This document shows positions 1 to 11,723 of a stretch of 64,000 nucleotides of DNA, piece after piece. Numbering within the stretch: the stretch's first letter is position 1; the number at the start of each line of letters is the position of its first letter. The position numbers and the translations under genes are program-made. The stretch lies in assembly GCA_965205025.1 (NCBI GenBank), contig CBDBFU010000003.1, positions 150,171 through 214,170 on the forward strand. Reading direction: 5' to 3'. Origin of the DNA: Candidatus Poribacteria bacterium. GTDB taxonomy: Bacteria; Poribacteria; WGA-4E; WGA-3G. The notes under the pieces are model-generated. The model was given only the letters and a program-made list of their open reading frames with translations, was not told the DNA's origin and did not search any database.

Positions 1-2
1 AA

Positions 3-1409
<1,407 letters not shown>

Positions 1410-1423
1410 TATCATAATGTAGG

Positions 1424-1470
1424 GCAATGAGAAGGTGAATTTCTCTTTCTCGTTGCCTTCATCATTTAAC
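1424..1470 (+). terminator. Hairpin after katG, probably a terminator between convergent genes
   Basis: ggcaatgagaa...ttctcgttgcc stem followed by T-rich sequence. Confidence 0.5.
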
Positions 1471-1564
1471 TTTTCCTATTAAATTAATGTGAGTTATGAA
1501 TAAGCGAAATTAGGTATGGGTTTGTATGGTAGATTCGGGGAATCCACCAAATCAAGGCTTAAGT

Positions 1565-2695
1565 TTATATTTTCATTACAGCAGTATTTGTCAGATAAGG
1601 GGATTGAAACTGCGTTATCTCACCTGCCCTGCGTCCGGGAACTGGGAACAAACGGACAGACAAAGGCTTATTTAATTGTATTGATAGAGTTGCTACGTCG
1701 ATCAAAATAGCAGTAATTTGGGATATGGAAGCATCACCTGGAATGGGTATAGTATCAAGACCCGTCCCACAGACAGTCGAATAGAGTAAAAGACTGTCTA
1801 AATTGAAGTAACCTTCTTCACTGCGTTTACCCAATCCAACATCTTCAAGGACAGGGAGCATTAATCCTGAGTATCCGCATAGTGGAAGTGATAGGGCACG
1901 TAATGTACGTGTTATACCTGCTGCAACTGTCAGAGTACCCCTTTCACCGAAATGCCCCGGAAGTTGTTTTTCCATAGCATAAGCAATGCTGTCTTCACCC
2001 ATTGGTGCAGGTGAAACGTCAATACCCACAAACTTTATTCCCCACTCTTGTGCTAACTCTTCAGCAAGTTCTACTATTTTTCCCCCTTCCGCTTCAATAA
2101 TACTCTTCATATTAATTAATGCTTCTTGCAAATTGGTAGCATCTTTGAATGCTTGTTGTACAAGGTTTGATGCTTGCCAACCAATTCCAAAGTTTGTTCT
2201 TGTATCTTGCCAGTATGCTGCAGGAAAGAAGGGTGTATTAGGTGGACAGTTCATTAAAGCTGCAAATCGTAGGTTGCCGTAACCTGCATCGGTTTGGTGT
2301 GCAATCTGATGTATGATATTGGCAGTATTTTCGGCGATTTTTGTACTAATATATCCGGCTTGAGTGGTAAGGGTAACGGTAGTAAAGAGTATTTCACTCT
2401 GAACAATTACATCTACGACACGTGAAAGATTACTCGCTGTGAAACGGTTTTCGGGTAGGATTGTACCTAAATTGACGAAATCTATCCCTAATGCTTTTGC
2501 TTCAGATTCTAATGTAAGAATAGAATCTAATTGTCGGGCATCATTCCATGTTTGACTACTTACCCGTGTAGTTTGTACTTCGTAACCGTTGTCTGAAAAA
2601 CATGTATGACATGCAGTGTTAAATTCTGCAGCACGTTGAAGTTGGTATGGAGAATATGGGAACGGAATGCCTGTAGTAATAGTCCGAATTATCAT
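1565..2695 (-). CDS. DUF711/UPF0210 family protein
   Basis: N-terminal IRTITTG; motifs NTPFFPAAY, GYSGLMLPVLED and CGTGLDTIPIPGD. Confidence 0.8.
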   Translation of the reverse strand: MIIRTITTGIPFPYSPYQLQRAAEFNTACHTCFSDNGYEVQTTRVSSQTWNDARQLDSILTLESEAKALGIDFVNLGTILPENRFTASNLSRVVDVIVQSEILFTTVTLTTQAGYISTKIAENTANIIHQIAHQTDAGYGNLRFAALMNCPPNTPFFPAAYWQDTRTNFGIGWQASNLVQQAFKDATNLQEALINMKSIIEAEGGKIVELAEELAQEWGIKFVGIDVSPAPMGEDSIAYAMEKQLPGHFGERGTLTVAAGITRTLRALSLPLCGYSGLMLPVLEDVGLGKRSEEGYFNLDSLLLYSTVCGTGLDTIPIPGDASISQITAILIDVATLSIQLNKPLSVRLFPVPGRRAGEITQFQSPYLTNTAVMKI

Positions 2696-2774
2696 ATTTA
2701 TTTAGAATACATCTTATATAGTCTTGTAAGTTTCTCATTTTTAGATATTGAATAGTAAGTAAAACCTTAATAAA

Positions 2775-3749
2775 TTACATTTCATCTTCTCCAAAAAGTC
2801 CAAGATTTCGATATCGTTTACATCGTTGATGTATGAGTTGTTTCTCAGTCATCTGCATCAATTCTGTTAGGTGTTTCCGCATCGCACGCTTAACATTCTT
2901 GGCTGCCGTTTCAGGATCTCTATGCGCTCCTCCGAGAGGTTCACGTATCACTTGATCAATGACACCTACTTTTAATAGATCAGGGGCTGTGGGTTTATAG
3001 CCTTCAGTTGCTTCGGGGGCATGTTCGCCTTTATCTTTCCATACAATACCGCTACATGCTTCAGGTGGAGCAACACAATAGATGGCATATTCCATCATTA
3101 ACACGCGATTTCCAACTGCAATTGCTAAGGCGCCACCGCTACCACCTTCGCCAATAATAACGACAAGAATTGGGACACGCATCTGTATCATTTCGGCAAG
3201 GTTTTCTGCAATCGCGGTTGCTTGTCCATATTCTTCGGATCGGAGATCAAAATGAGCCCCAGGTGTATCAACAAAACAGATTAATGGACGGTTAAATTTG
3301 TTTGCTAACTGCATCAGACGTCTCGCTTTTCTATAACCTTCTGGGTGGGTATACCCAAAGTTCATTTCTTGTCGTTCAACAAGATTTGTTCCTTTCTGCT
3401 GTGCGAGGTAGACGACAGGTTGCTCCTCAAACCATGCGAATCCTCCAATAAGTGCTCGATCATCTCCGTATAACTTATCGCTCCGTAGTTCTACGGGTTC
3501 ATCAAGAAGTGCATCAATATATATAGAGGCTTGTGGACGTTGAGGATGCCGTGCTAATCTAACCTTATCCCATCGACTTAATTTTTGAAAAGTTTTTCTT
3601 GTCAGTGTTTCGGCATTTTGTTTCAGTGCAGTAAAACCTTCTGTAAGATCTAACTCTGGGTGTGCTTCTCTGAAAGTGTCTAATTGTGTAAGGTGCCGTT
3701 CTAATTCAATTAGTGGTTTTTCAAAATCTAATTCTGTTGAATTCATCAA
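2775..3749 (-). CDS. accA: Acetyl-CoA carboxylase carboxyltransferase alpha subunit
   Basis: LDFEKPL, ARHPQRP, PEGYRKA, DTPGA, IGEGGSGGALA, EPLGGAHRD. Confidence 0.93.
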   Translation of the reverse strand: MMNSTELDFEKPLIELERHLTQLDTFREAHPELDLTEGFTALKQNAETLTRKTFQKLSRWDKVRLARHPQRPQASIYIDALLDEPVELRSDKLYGDDRALIGGFAWFEEQPVVYLAQQKGTNLVERQEMNFGYTHPEGYRKARRLMQLANKFNRPLICFVDTPGAHFDLRSEEYGQATAIAENLAEMIQMRVPILVVIIGEGGSGGALAIAVGNRVLMMEYAIYCVAPPEACSGIVWKDKGEHAPEATEGYKPTAPDLLKVGVIDQVIREPLGGAHRDPETAAKNVKRAMRKHLTELMQMTEKQLIHQRCKRYRNLGLFGEDEM

Positions 3750-3759
3750 TTAGTTCCTC

Positions 3760-4965
3760 TCAAATATCCTTAGTGAACTGTTTTCCCGGTAACTGTTGAA
3801 TAATTCCTTTGAGTTCTAACATTAAGAGAACACTTGACACCTGATTAATCGGCAATTGGGTAGTCCGAACGATTGTATCAATATGTGATGATGGTACTTC
3901 AATTGCATTAAATACAGACTTCTCCTCATCGGTTAAATCTGGAGGTGGAATGGAAGGATTAAATTCTTTCTTCTCAATAGCAAGACTTTTTTTGTTTTCT
4001 CCGCTCTTTGCCATAGTCGAGGATGTTGCGATTTCTGGGTTGTTCTCAATACGCAAGTTGGGTGAAGCGGTAGGAATTTGATTTATGAGATGGTGTGGAA
4101 GTGCTTCTAATAAATCGTCTACAGTACTGATAAGTTTAGCACCATTATCAATTAACTTATGAGTTCCTGTTGATAGTTCAGAGAAAATTTCACCTGGAAC
4201 GGCGAAGACTTCTCTTCCTTGTTCGGAAGCAAGACGTGCTGTAATCAAGGCACCACTACGATTTGAGGCTTCAACTACGACAGTTCCAAGTGTTAAACCA
4301 CTTATAATACGGTTTCGCCTTGGGAAGTTTTCAGATCTCGGTTTCATACCCATCGGGAATTCTGAGATAACAGCCCCAGATTCTATAATCTTCTCTTCCA
4401 TTTCACTATTTCCTGAAGGATAAGTTAAACTTAGACCGTTTCCCATTACAGCTAATGTTCTCCCATTTGCCTCAAGAGCACCTCTGTGCGCACATGTATC
4501 TATTCCTTTGGCAAAACCGCTGGTAATCGTAATTCCACGTTGTGCAAGTTGATATGCTAATTGATAACTAACGCGTCGTCCATAGTCTTTCGCTTCTCGT
4601 GAACCTACGAGGGCGATACTAAATGCGTCTTCCGGTATCAGTTCCCCTCTAACATACAGTAGTAAAGGAGGGGAGTCTACCTCCTTTAACAATGTAGGAT
4701 ATTCCTCGTCATATAGAGTGATAACTTGGCACCCATATTCTTCAATCAACTGCAATTCCCGTTCTAATGGAGATCCGAGTTTTTTATTAGCTAAACTTTT
4801 TCGTATAGATGGTGTCAGTTCGTCGATTCTGTCTAATTCTTGGGGTGTTGCGTTTAGTACTGCTTCAGTACTCCCTAAAGTCTTGACTAAAAAGGGAACT
4901 GTTTTTGATCCGACACCTTGAATGAGGTTGAGATGGATAAGATTCGTTGTTTCTGGTGATAACAT
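3760..4965 (-). CDS. dprA: DNA-processing protein DprA
   Basis: IALVGSR, SGFAKGID, FPRRNRIISGL, SGALITA, GREVFAVPG and a C-terminal winged helix (LLMLELKG). Confidence 0.95.
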   Translation of the reverse strand: MLSPETTNLIHLNLIQGVGSKTVPFLVKTLGSTEAVLNATPQELDRIDELTPSIRKSLANKKLGSPLERELQLIEEYGCQVITLYDEEYPTLLKEVDSPPLLLYVRGELIPEDAFSIALVGSREAKDYGRRVSYQLAYQLAQRGITITSGFAKGIDTCAHRGALEANGRTLAVMGNGLSLTYPSGNSEMEEKIIESGAVISEFPMGMKPRSENFPRRNRIISGLTLGTVVVEASNRSGALITARLASEQGREVFAVPGEIFSELSTGTHKLIDNGAKLISTVDDLLEALPHHLINQIPTASPNLRIENNPEIATSSTMAKSGENKKSLAIEKKEFNPSIPPPDLTDEEKSVFNAIEVPSSHIDTIVRTTQLPINQVSSVLLMLELKGIIQQLPGKQFTKDI

Positions 4966-5032
4966 CGGCTAAAGATGAACCTTCTTTCCAGATTTACTGC
5001 ATTGATTGATATCAAATACGGTCAGCATTACC

Positions 5033-5620
5033 TTATTGCATAGGTTTAGCATCAGCAGTTGGTGTTGGAAGTGCGTAATAGAGTTCTATTTCCTGAATCT
5101 TTCTAAACTCAGCTGAAGTAGGAGCCCCAGTTTCAGATCTTTTGTAGCGACTTTGACCTCCGATCCGGCGTGAATCCCATCTACGTGGTACTTTTAAACG
5201 GAATTTCTTTGTTAGGATTGGTTCCTGAAGAGTAGTCTTATATTCTATACGAAAATTGTCTTTCACCTCTTTAACAGTTATCCACTTACCATTGTCATCC
5301 ATATATTGGATCTCGAAGAACTCCAGTTGTCCTTCTTTTGCCTTAATGATAATGTGTTGTATTGTTTGAGGAATATTCCAACTTAAGATTGCCTCAGTAA
5401 AATTATCTGATTCTTGTTGTGAAGCAACATCCCTTGCATCTTCACGTATAGTAGTCGTCTCACCTTCAGTATAAATATTGTCATCATGAAATTTTGAGTC
5501 TGAGCTTGCAGCTGAAATTGCGATGTTTTGACTCCAGTTTTGTGCCGGGTTTGATGCGAGAATACAACCAGACAATCCGATTATCCAGCATAGAATTACT
5601 ATTAAGAAACTAAACCGCAT
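5033..5620 (-). CDS. Hypothetical lipoprotein, possibly discoidin/galactose-binding-like fold
   Basis: Signal peptide with lipobox LSGC; C-terminal IQEIELY strand; resembles the neighbouring gene. Confidence 0.6.
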   Translation of the reverse strand: MRFSFLIVILCWIIGLSGCILASNPAQNWSQNIAISAASSDSKFHDDNIYTEGETTTIREDARDVASQQESDNFTEAILSWNIPQTIQHIIIKAKEGQLEFFEIQYMDDNGKWITVKEVKDNFRIEYKTTLQEPILTKKFRLKVPRRWDSRRIGGQSRYKRSETGAPTSAEFRKIQEIELYYALPTPTADAKPMQ

Positions 5621-5658
5621 TGATTACCTCCTAATAATTGTGATAAATGTACCGGATG

Positions 5659-6300
5659 TTATTCTAAATTGAGCAGTTCATCAAGTTCTTTTTCACGACT
5701 TTCAGCAGCTGTACTTTCTTTTGTTTGTTCCGCTGTCTTATAGCCGTATAATTCAATTTCTCGTATTTTTGCTTGTGCACGGCGATTTTGACCATACTGT
5801 CTGAAACCACCTGTTCGAGCTCTTTGGGCTCGACTAAGACCAGCATCATCTGTAGTTGATAAAATGCGTACACGAATTTGTTTTGTGGGAAACGGAACTA
5901 AGACTGGGATTTCAATTGGATTTGTCTTGACACTTTTCACGTCTTTAATCAATTTCCAGTCTGTCTCTTTAATAATCCCACCTTTATCAGCAAAAATGTC
6001 AAACGTCTTGATGTTTTCTGAGTGAATAACAATACGACGGATGATTTTTTCTTCGGGTAGTGTAATGATAACTTCAGAAGCAGGATTTGAACCAAAATTA
6101 GTGTTTGCACCTACAGGGAAGGTCGATTCACCAATAGTGTTCATATTTCCATCAATCATTTGGGGACTTGATGCATTTGTGCCTTCAAGAAGAGCGTAAT
6201 TTTCACTCCATTCTTGTTCAGATAGCAAGACACTACATCCGGATATGACAATTACAGAGATGCAAGTTATAGAAAAATGTGTAATGGTTTTCATAAACAT
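5659..6300 (-). CDS. Hypothetical lipoprotein, paralog of 5033-5620
   Basis: Lipobox ISGC; WSENYA versus WSQNIA; IREIELY versus IQEIELY. Confidence 0.6.
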   Translation of the reverse strand: MFMKTITHFSITCISVIVISGCSVLLSEQEWSENYALLEGTNASSPQMIDGNMNTIGESTFPVGANTNFGSNPASEVIITLPEEKIIRRIVIHSENIKTFDIFADKGGIIKETDWKLIKDVKSVKTNPIEIPVLVPFPTKQIRVRILSTTDDAGLSRAQRARTGGFRQYGQNRRAQAKIREIELYGYKTAEQTKESTAAESREKELDELLNLE

Positions 6301-6367
6301 CAGATTAACTCCTTAGCATAATGTTGATTTACTATACCACGAACAATATATAGTTGTCATGTACTGG

Positions 6368-7813
6368 TTAAGAAATGATTTTCCAAGTTGATCCTTCTTT
6401 GGAGTCTTGGATTTCAATATTTAGTTCTTTGAGTCGATCACGAATCATATCAGATGTATCCCAATCCTTACGGTTACGGGCGTCTTGTCGAATATCTAAA
6501 AGCAGGTTTAGTACTGGATTAAGATATGCATCCGTTTTTCCAGTATCTTGTTCGTTAGTTGTATAGATTCCGAGGACTTCACATATCTCAATTAGTGTCT
6601 TGTAAGCCCGTGTGTAAATATGTTTGGATACTCCGTTATTTGCGGTAATTGATTTATTGATTGTGTTGACGAGTGTGAAAATAGATCCTACTGCTTGGGC
6701 TGTATTGAAATCATTATCCATCGCATGTATAAAATCGGTCCGCATTGTTTCTATCGCTGACACCAAAGAATTGCCAGCCGTTGTCAAATCATCCTGATTT
6801 TCTTTGGACTCGTCTATATCACCGGAATATTCTTCCAATGTATTTAAGCAATTGTTCAAACGTCTAAGTGCTGATTCAGATGTTTGTAAACTCTCTATAC
6901 TATAATCAAGTGGATGACGATAATGCGCAGATATGAGGAAATGCCTGATAACTTCAGCCGGATATTTATCAAGTGCTTCTCTCAATAAAATAAAGTTCTT
7001 TTCGGATTTCCCCATCCGTTTACCATCTATTTTAAGAAAAGCAACATGTACCCAATACCGTGCGAATGGAACTCCTGTTGCTAATTCACTTTGTGCTATT
7101 TCATTTTCATGGTGAGGGAACAACAGATCTTCTCCACCAGCGTGTATATCAATAGTTTCGCCGAGATGTTTCATCGCCATACATGAACATTCAATATGCC
7201 AACCTGGTCTACCGCGTCCCCATGGACTCTCCCAATACGGTTCACCAGGTTTCGCAGCTTTCCACATATCGAAATCCCGGGGATCTTCCTTACGGTCATC
7301 TACCTCAACGCGAGCCCCTGCCAGTAAATCTTCAGGTTTTCGGCGTGAGAGTTTGCCATATTCACTAAAGGAATTTACACGATAATATACGCTTCCATCA
7401 ACTACATAAGCTGCACCTTTGTCAAATAGTATTTGGATCAGATCTATCATTTCAGGAATGTGTTCTGTAGCTTTAGGGTGTATATCAGCCGGTTGAATAC
7501 CGAGTCTTTGTGTATCTTCAAAGTATGCTAAACCGTTTGTATGAGCAAGTTCACATGCACTAATACCAAGTGTGTGGGCACGATCAATTATTTTATCATC
7601 AATATCAGTTAGATTCTGTACTAATTTAACTGTATATTCTTTATACGTAAGATATCTTCTGATTATATCGGTAACAAGAGCTGTCCGGGCATTTCCAATG
7701 TGAATATAATCATAGACTGTAGGTCCACAACTATACATTGAAACATATCCTTCGATTTGTGGAGTGAATTCCTCAAGTTGCCTGCTCAGAGAATTATATA
7801 TTTTTAAACCCAT
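6368..7813 (-). CDS. cysS: Cysteine-tRNA ligase
   Basis: CGPTVY, HIGNAR, GRPGWHIEC, FPHHENE and KMSKS-like RMGKS. Confidence 0.98.
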   Translation of the reverse strand: MGLKIYNSLSRQLEEFTPQIEGYVSMYSCGPTVYDYIHIGNARTALVTDIIRRYLTYKEYTVKLVQNLTDIDDKIIDRAHTLGISACELAHTNGLAYFEDTQRLGIQPADIHPKATEHIPEMIDLIQILFDKGAAYVVDGSVYYRVNSFSEYGKLSRRKPEDLLAGARVEVDDRKEDPRDFDMWKAAKPGEPYWESPWGRGRPGWHIECSCMAMKHLGETIDIHAGGEDLLFPHHENEIAQSELATGVPFARYWVHVAFLKIDGKRMGKSEKNFILLREALDKYPAEVIRHFLISAHYRHPLDYSIESLQTSESALRRLNNCLNTLEEYSGDIDESKENQDDLTTAGNSLVSAIETMRTDFIHAMDNDFNTAQAVGSIFTLVNTINKSITANNGVSKHIYTRAYKTLIEICEVLGIYTTNEQDTGKTDAYLNPVLNLLLDIRQDARNRKDWDTSDMIRDRLKELNIEIQDSKEGSTWKIIS

Positions 7814-7877
7814 TCGCTGTTCCTTTACTAATGTCCAGGTGATAGGTAATTTTATAAGAATGTATAAGTATCAAGAA

Positions 7878-8351
7878 TTAATATTTTCTGATTGATGCAA
7901 TTGCTTGAGCTACTATAGCTTTTTCCTCGCCAACAATTCCTAAACCTTCTGAGGTAGTAGCTTTAACACTCAACTGTGTTTCAGAAATCTCTAAGGTTTT
8001 GGCAAGGATGCGACGTATCTGGTGAATATATGGTGCTAATTTCGGACGTTGGGCAATTACTGTGCTATCAATATTTTCAATTACATATCCTTGTTCTTTA
8101 ACTTTCGCATTGATTTTCCGGAGAAAAACTTGACTGTCCATTCCTCTATATTTTGGGTCTGTATCGGGAAAGTGTGTTCCAATGTCCCCCAAGGCGATTG
8201 CCCCCAAAAGTGCATCACAGATAGCATGTGTTAAAACATCGGCATCTGAATGACCTAATAAACCTAAGTGAAAAGGGATTTCCACACCACCTAAAATCAA
8301 TTTACGATTTTCTATGAGTCGATGAACGTCGTAACCGAATCCTATCCTCAT
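7878..8351 (-). CDS. ispF: 2-C-methyl-D-erythritol 2,4-cyclodiphosphate synthase
   Basis: MRIGFGYDVH, GHSDADV, DIGTHFP, KATTSEGLG. Confidence 0.97.
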   Translation of the reverse strand: MRIGFGYDVHRLIENRKLILGGVEIPFHLGLLGHSDADVLTHAICDALLGAIALGDIGTHFPDTDPKYRGMDSQVFLRKINAKVKEQGYVIENIDSTVIAQRPKLAPYIHQIRRILAKTLEISETQLSVKATTSEGLGIVGEEKAIVAQAIASIRKY

Positions 8352-8395
8352 CTAATGTATTTCACAATCTATTCTAATAGAAGGTCTATTATATC

Positions 8396-9091
8396 TTAAT
8401 TTCGATTGTTATGCCAGACTTCCGCTATCTGCATATCTTCTGGGGTTGTTAGTTTTATATTTTTATAACTTCCCAGGACTAACTTAACTGGGTTACCAAG
8501 TTTTTCAACTAATGCAGCATCATCTGACGCGGTAATTCCTGTTTGTAAAGCAGTTTTGTAGGCTTCAAGTAATAGAGATTTCCGGAAAACTTGAGGTGTT
8601 TGTACATGCCACAATCTATTTCTATCAGGAGTGTGATCAATGAAGTGGTCTTCGTTTGCCACCTTAATCGTATCTTTTACCGGAACTGCTGAAACAGCTG
8701 CTCCCCATTTTTCTGAGGCTACAAGGCATTCAAAGATTATTTTCTCGTCAAGAAAAGGACGGACTCCATCGTGGACAATCACATATTCAACATCATCTGA
8801 AAGAGCACAGAGTCCATTAAATACGGATGATTGTCGAGTTTCACCACCAGAAATCAGTTCACGAACTTTCTTGTAATGGTAAGGGATAATCGCGGTTTCA
8901 TTGCATATATCAAAATCAGATTTGTCAACAATAACATATATTTCGTCAATAGCACTATTGTTTTCAAATAGGTCAATTGTATGGGATAGAATCGGTTTAT
9001 CGTCTAATATGAGATAAGGTTTTTTTATAGAGGTTTCCATTCGATGACCTGCCCCTGCAGCGGGAATAAGAACGTCAATTTTGGTGTTCAT
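8396..9091 (-). CDS. ispD: MEP cytidylyltransferase; start probably at MNTKID (9091)
   Basis: PAAGAGHRM, GGETRQSSV, VHDGVRP, QTPQVF, NIKLTTPED. Confidence 0.95.
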   Translation of the reverse strand: MNTKIDVLIPAAGAGHRMETSIKKPYLILDDKPILSHTIDLFENNSAIDEIYVIVDKSDFDICNETAIIPYHYKKVRELISGGETRQSSVFNGLCALSDDVEYVIVHDGVRPFLDEKIIFECLVASEKWGAAVSAVPVKDTIKVANEDHFIDHTPDRNRLWHVQTPQVFRKSLLLEAYKTALQTGITASDDAALVEKLGNPVKLVLGSYKNIKLTTPEDMQIAEVWHNNRN

Positions 9092-9102
9092 CTGTTCCCA
9101 TC

Positions 9103-10140
9103 TCATCCAATGTTGTCCCCCAAGTTAGCTGAATCCGCATTACGAGCAAAGATCATTTGCCCTGTACTGGTTCGCAACATTTGTGTGACAACCACATCAA
9201 GTGTTTGTCCGATACAGTCTTTTCCATCTTCAACGATAACCATAGTCCCGTCATCAAGATATCCTACACCTTGGTTTGGTTCTTTTCCAACTTTCTGAAG
9301 TTGTACTTGAATAATCTCTCCTGATCCAACAATAGGTCGGATTGCATTTGCTAATTCATTTATGTTGAGTACTTTAACACCTTGAAGTTCTGCTACTTTA
9401 TTTAGATTTAAGTCGTTCGTGATAATCTTAGCAAAATGCTTCTGTGCGAAATGGACAAGTTTCGCGTCAACCTCCGTTAGGTGTGGAACATCTTCCTCAA
9501 TAATTTCAACGGCGATATAAGGACTATTTTGTAGAGAACGCAGAATATCGAAACCGCGCCGTCCTTTATTCTTTCGTAAAATATCTGCTGAATCTGCGAT
9601 ATGTTGTAACTCATTTAATACAAAACGAGGAATTAACAATGTTCCATCTATAAATTGTGTTTCGCAAATTTCAAGTATTCTTCCATCAATTATAACACTT
9701 GTATCTAAAATTTTAAAACCGTTAACATCGTTTGTAGCGAATGGTGTACCGGTTTGTGTATAACGATAGGAGTTTAACAATCTGACAACAGGTGTGCTCT
9801 CAGATATGTAGTACCCACTAATCATACCAATATAACCGATTCCAAGTATTAAGACAAATTTAGAAACCGTTGCCCATAATTCGTCGCTTGGATAAAAGAA
9901 AGGACCAGATAACTGTAAAAGTTGGAACACTCCAAAAGACACAATCAAACCTAAGGCAAGTCCTACTATACTTGCGACAATCCTCCGCATTTGAGTGACC
10001 TGAAGTGAAATTTCACCTGCAACAAGGAGACAAGCAATAGCGAATCCAACGAATCCTCCGGAAATACTGGTATTTGGTAGATAGCAAGCAACAGTACTTG
10101 CTAAGATAAAAAAAAGACGAATTCCCCATATTTGCATCAT
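9103..10140 (-). CDS. Membrane PIN/TRAM-domain protein (YacL-like)
   Basis: N-terminal TM helices; LDTSVIIDGRI PIN motif; QGVGYLDDGTMVIVE TRAM motif; radA-yacL-ispD-ispF synteny. Confidence 0.9.
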   Translation of the reverse strand: MMQIWGIRLFFILASTVACYLPNTSISGGFVGFAIACLLVAGEISLQVTQMRRIVASIVGLALGLIVSFGVFQLLQLSGPFFYPSDELWATVSKFVLILGIGYIGMISGYYISESTPVVRLLNSYRYTQTGTPFATNDVNGFKILDTSVIIDGRILEICETQFIDGTLLIPRFVLNELQHIADSADILRKNKGRRGFDILRSLQNSPYIAVEIIEEDVPHLTEVDAKLVHFAQKHFAKIITNDLNLNKVAELQGVKVLNINELANAIRPIVGSGEIIQVQLQKVGKEPNQGVGYLDDGTMVIVEDGKDCIGQTLDVVVTQMLRTSTGQMIFARNADSANLGDNIG

Positions 10141-10302
10141 GTCATTCCAAGTAAAGTAGTGATACTTGCTTCACCAGTTTAAATCTTATTATATTAATTA
10201 CTGTAATTGATTTACAAATGTGATGATTGGTTAGTTTTTCGGAATTTTATCTACAAGAGTGTTCTAAGTATTTTCCACAAAATTGCAGGTGTAAAGAGTT
10301 AG

Positions 10303-11665
10303 TTATAATAGGATATTTAGACAATCATATATATTATTTACCCCAATTAACTCAATTATCTTGTTGGTTTCTAAACCTTTTTGATGGTATTCTGGATAAA
10401 TCACTCGTGTGAACCCAAGTTTTTCTGCCTCTTTTATTCGTTTTTCGATGTGCGTCACAGGCCTAATTTCACCACCTAACCCTACCTCTCCAATCACAAC
10501 AGTTCGAGAGTCCATTGGGATGTTTCGGTGACTGGATATTATTGCCATTAACACACCAAGATCAATTCCAGGTTCAACTACATGTAATCCCCCGGTAATA
10601 TTTACGAACACATCTGAATCACTTATGTCCATAGCGATTCTTTTATTTAAGACAGCAATAAGAAGGGCTACACGGTTACGGTCAATCCCTGTTGCTGTAT
10701 TGCGAGGTGTGCTATAGTGAGTCGAAACTACAAGTGCTTGAACTTCCAATAACAGTGGTCGAGTGCCTTCCATACTTGATACAATCACTGAACCAGAGAT
10801 TTCTTCTTTTCTATCACTCAGAAAGAGTTGAGACGGATTCTGAACATCAACAAGTCCACTGTTTTTCATTTCAAAGATACCGAGTTCGTTTGTAGACCCG
10901 AACCGGTTTTTTATTGCTCGTAAGACACGGTATATATGTTGTCGTTCTCCTTCAAAGTACAATACTGTATCTACTATATGTTCTAAGACTCTTGGACCTG
11001 CCAATGTTCCTTCTTTCGTAACATGTCCAACGAGAAACATAGGTATATTCTGTTTTTTGGCACATATCAATAAATGTGTAGCACATTCTCGGATCTGAGT
11101 TATACTTCCTGGTGCAGATTGAAAATCAGTTAAATAGACTGCCTGAATTGAGTCTATTACAACAACTTGAGGTCGGAGTTTTTCTATATGTCTTTCAATC
11201 TCTCCTAAGTTATTCTCACATAGGACATACAAGTTATCAGAGGATACCCCCAGACGATTAGACCGTAACTTTGTCTGGTTTACTGATTCTTCACCCGTAA
11301 CATAGAGGACACTGCCATACTTAATGCTTAAAGCATTACTCGCTTGCAGTAGAAGAGTGGATTTCCCTATTCCAGGATCTCCGCCGATTAAAATAACAGA
11401 ACCAGGAACAATTCCACCACCGAGAACTCTGTCGAAACTCGACCATTCCAGTTAGGTGACGTTCAACATCGGTTGAAGTCACTTCAGAAATTAATTCAGG
11501 TTTGTTAGACGACTCTCCAATATTTCGATGTAAAGGAGATGTAGTGACAGCCTCTCTTTCTTCTGCAAAACTATCCCATGTCTGACATTCAGGACATTTT
11601 CCGAGTGATCTTGGTGTTGTATAACCACATTCTTGACAGACAAATTTGTTCTTACTTTGAGCCAT
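10303..11665 (-). CDS. radA: DNA repair protein RadA/Sms, with an apparent 1-nt frameshift near 11436
   Basis: N-terminal CxxC-CxxC in ORF 11336-11665. After the shift the frame reads DRVLGGGIVPGS, GDPGIGKSTLLLQ, KNRFG and the Lon-like C-terminus. Confidence 0.92.
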
Positions 11666-11723
11666 AATTAATAATGATAAGGTGGATATACTTTCAAGTC
11701 AACCCTATAGGTGATTGATAATT

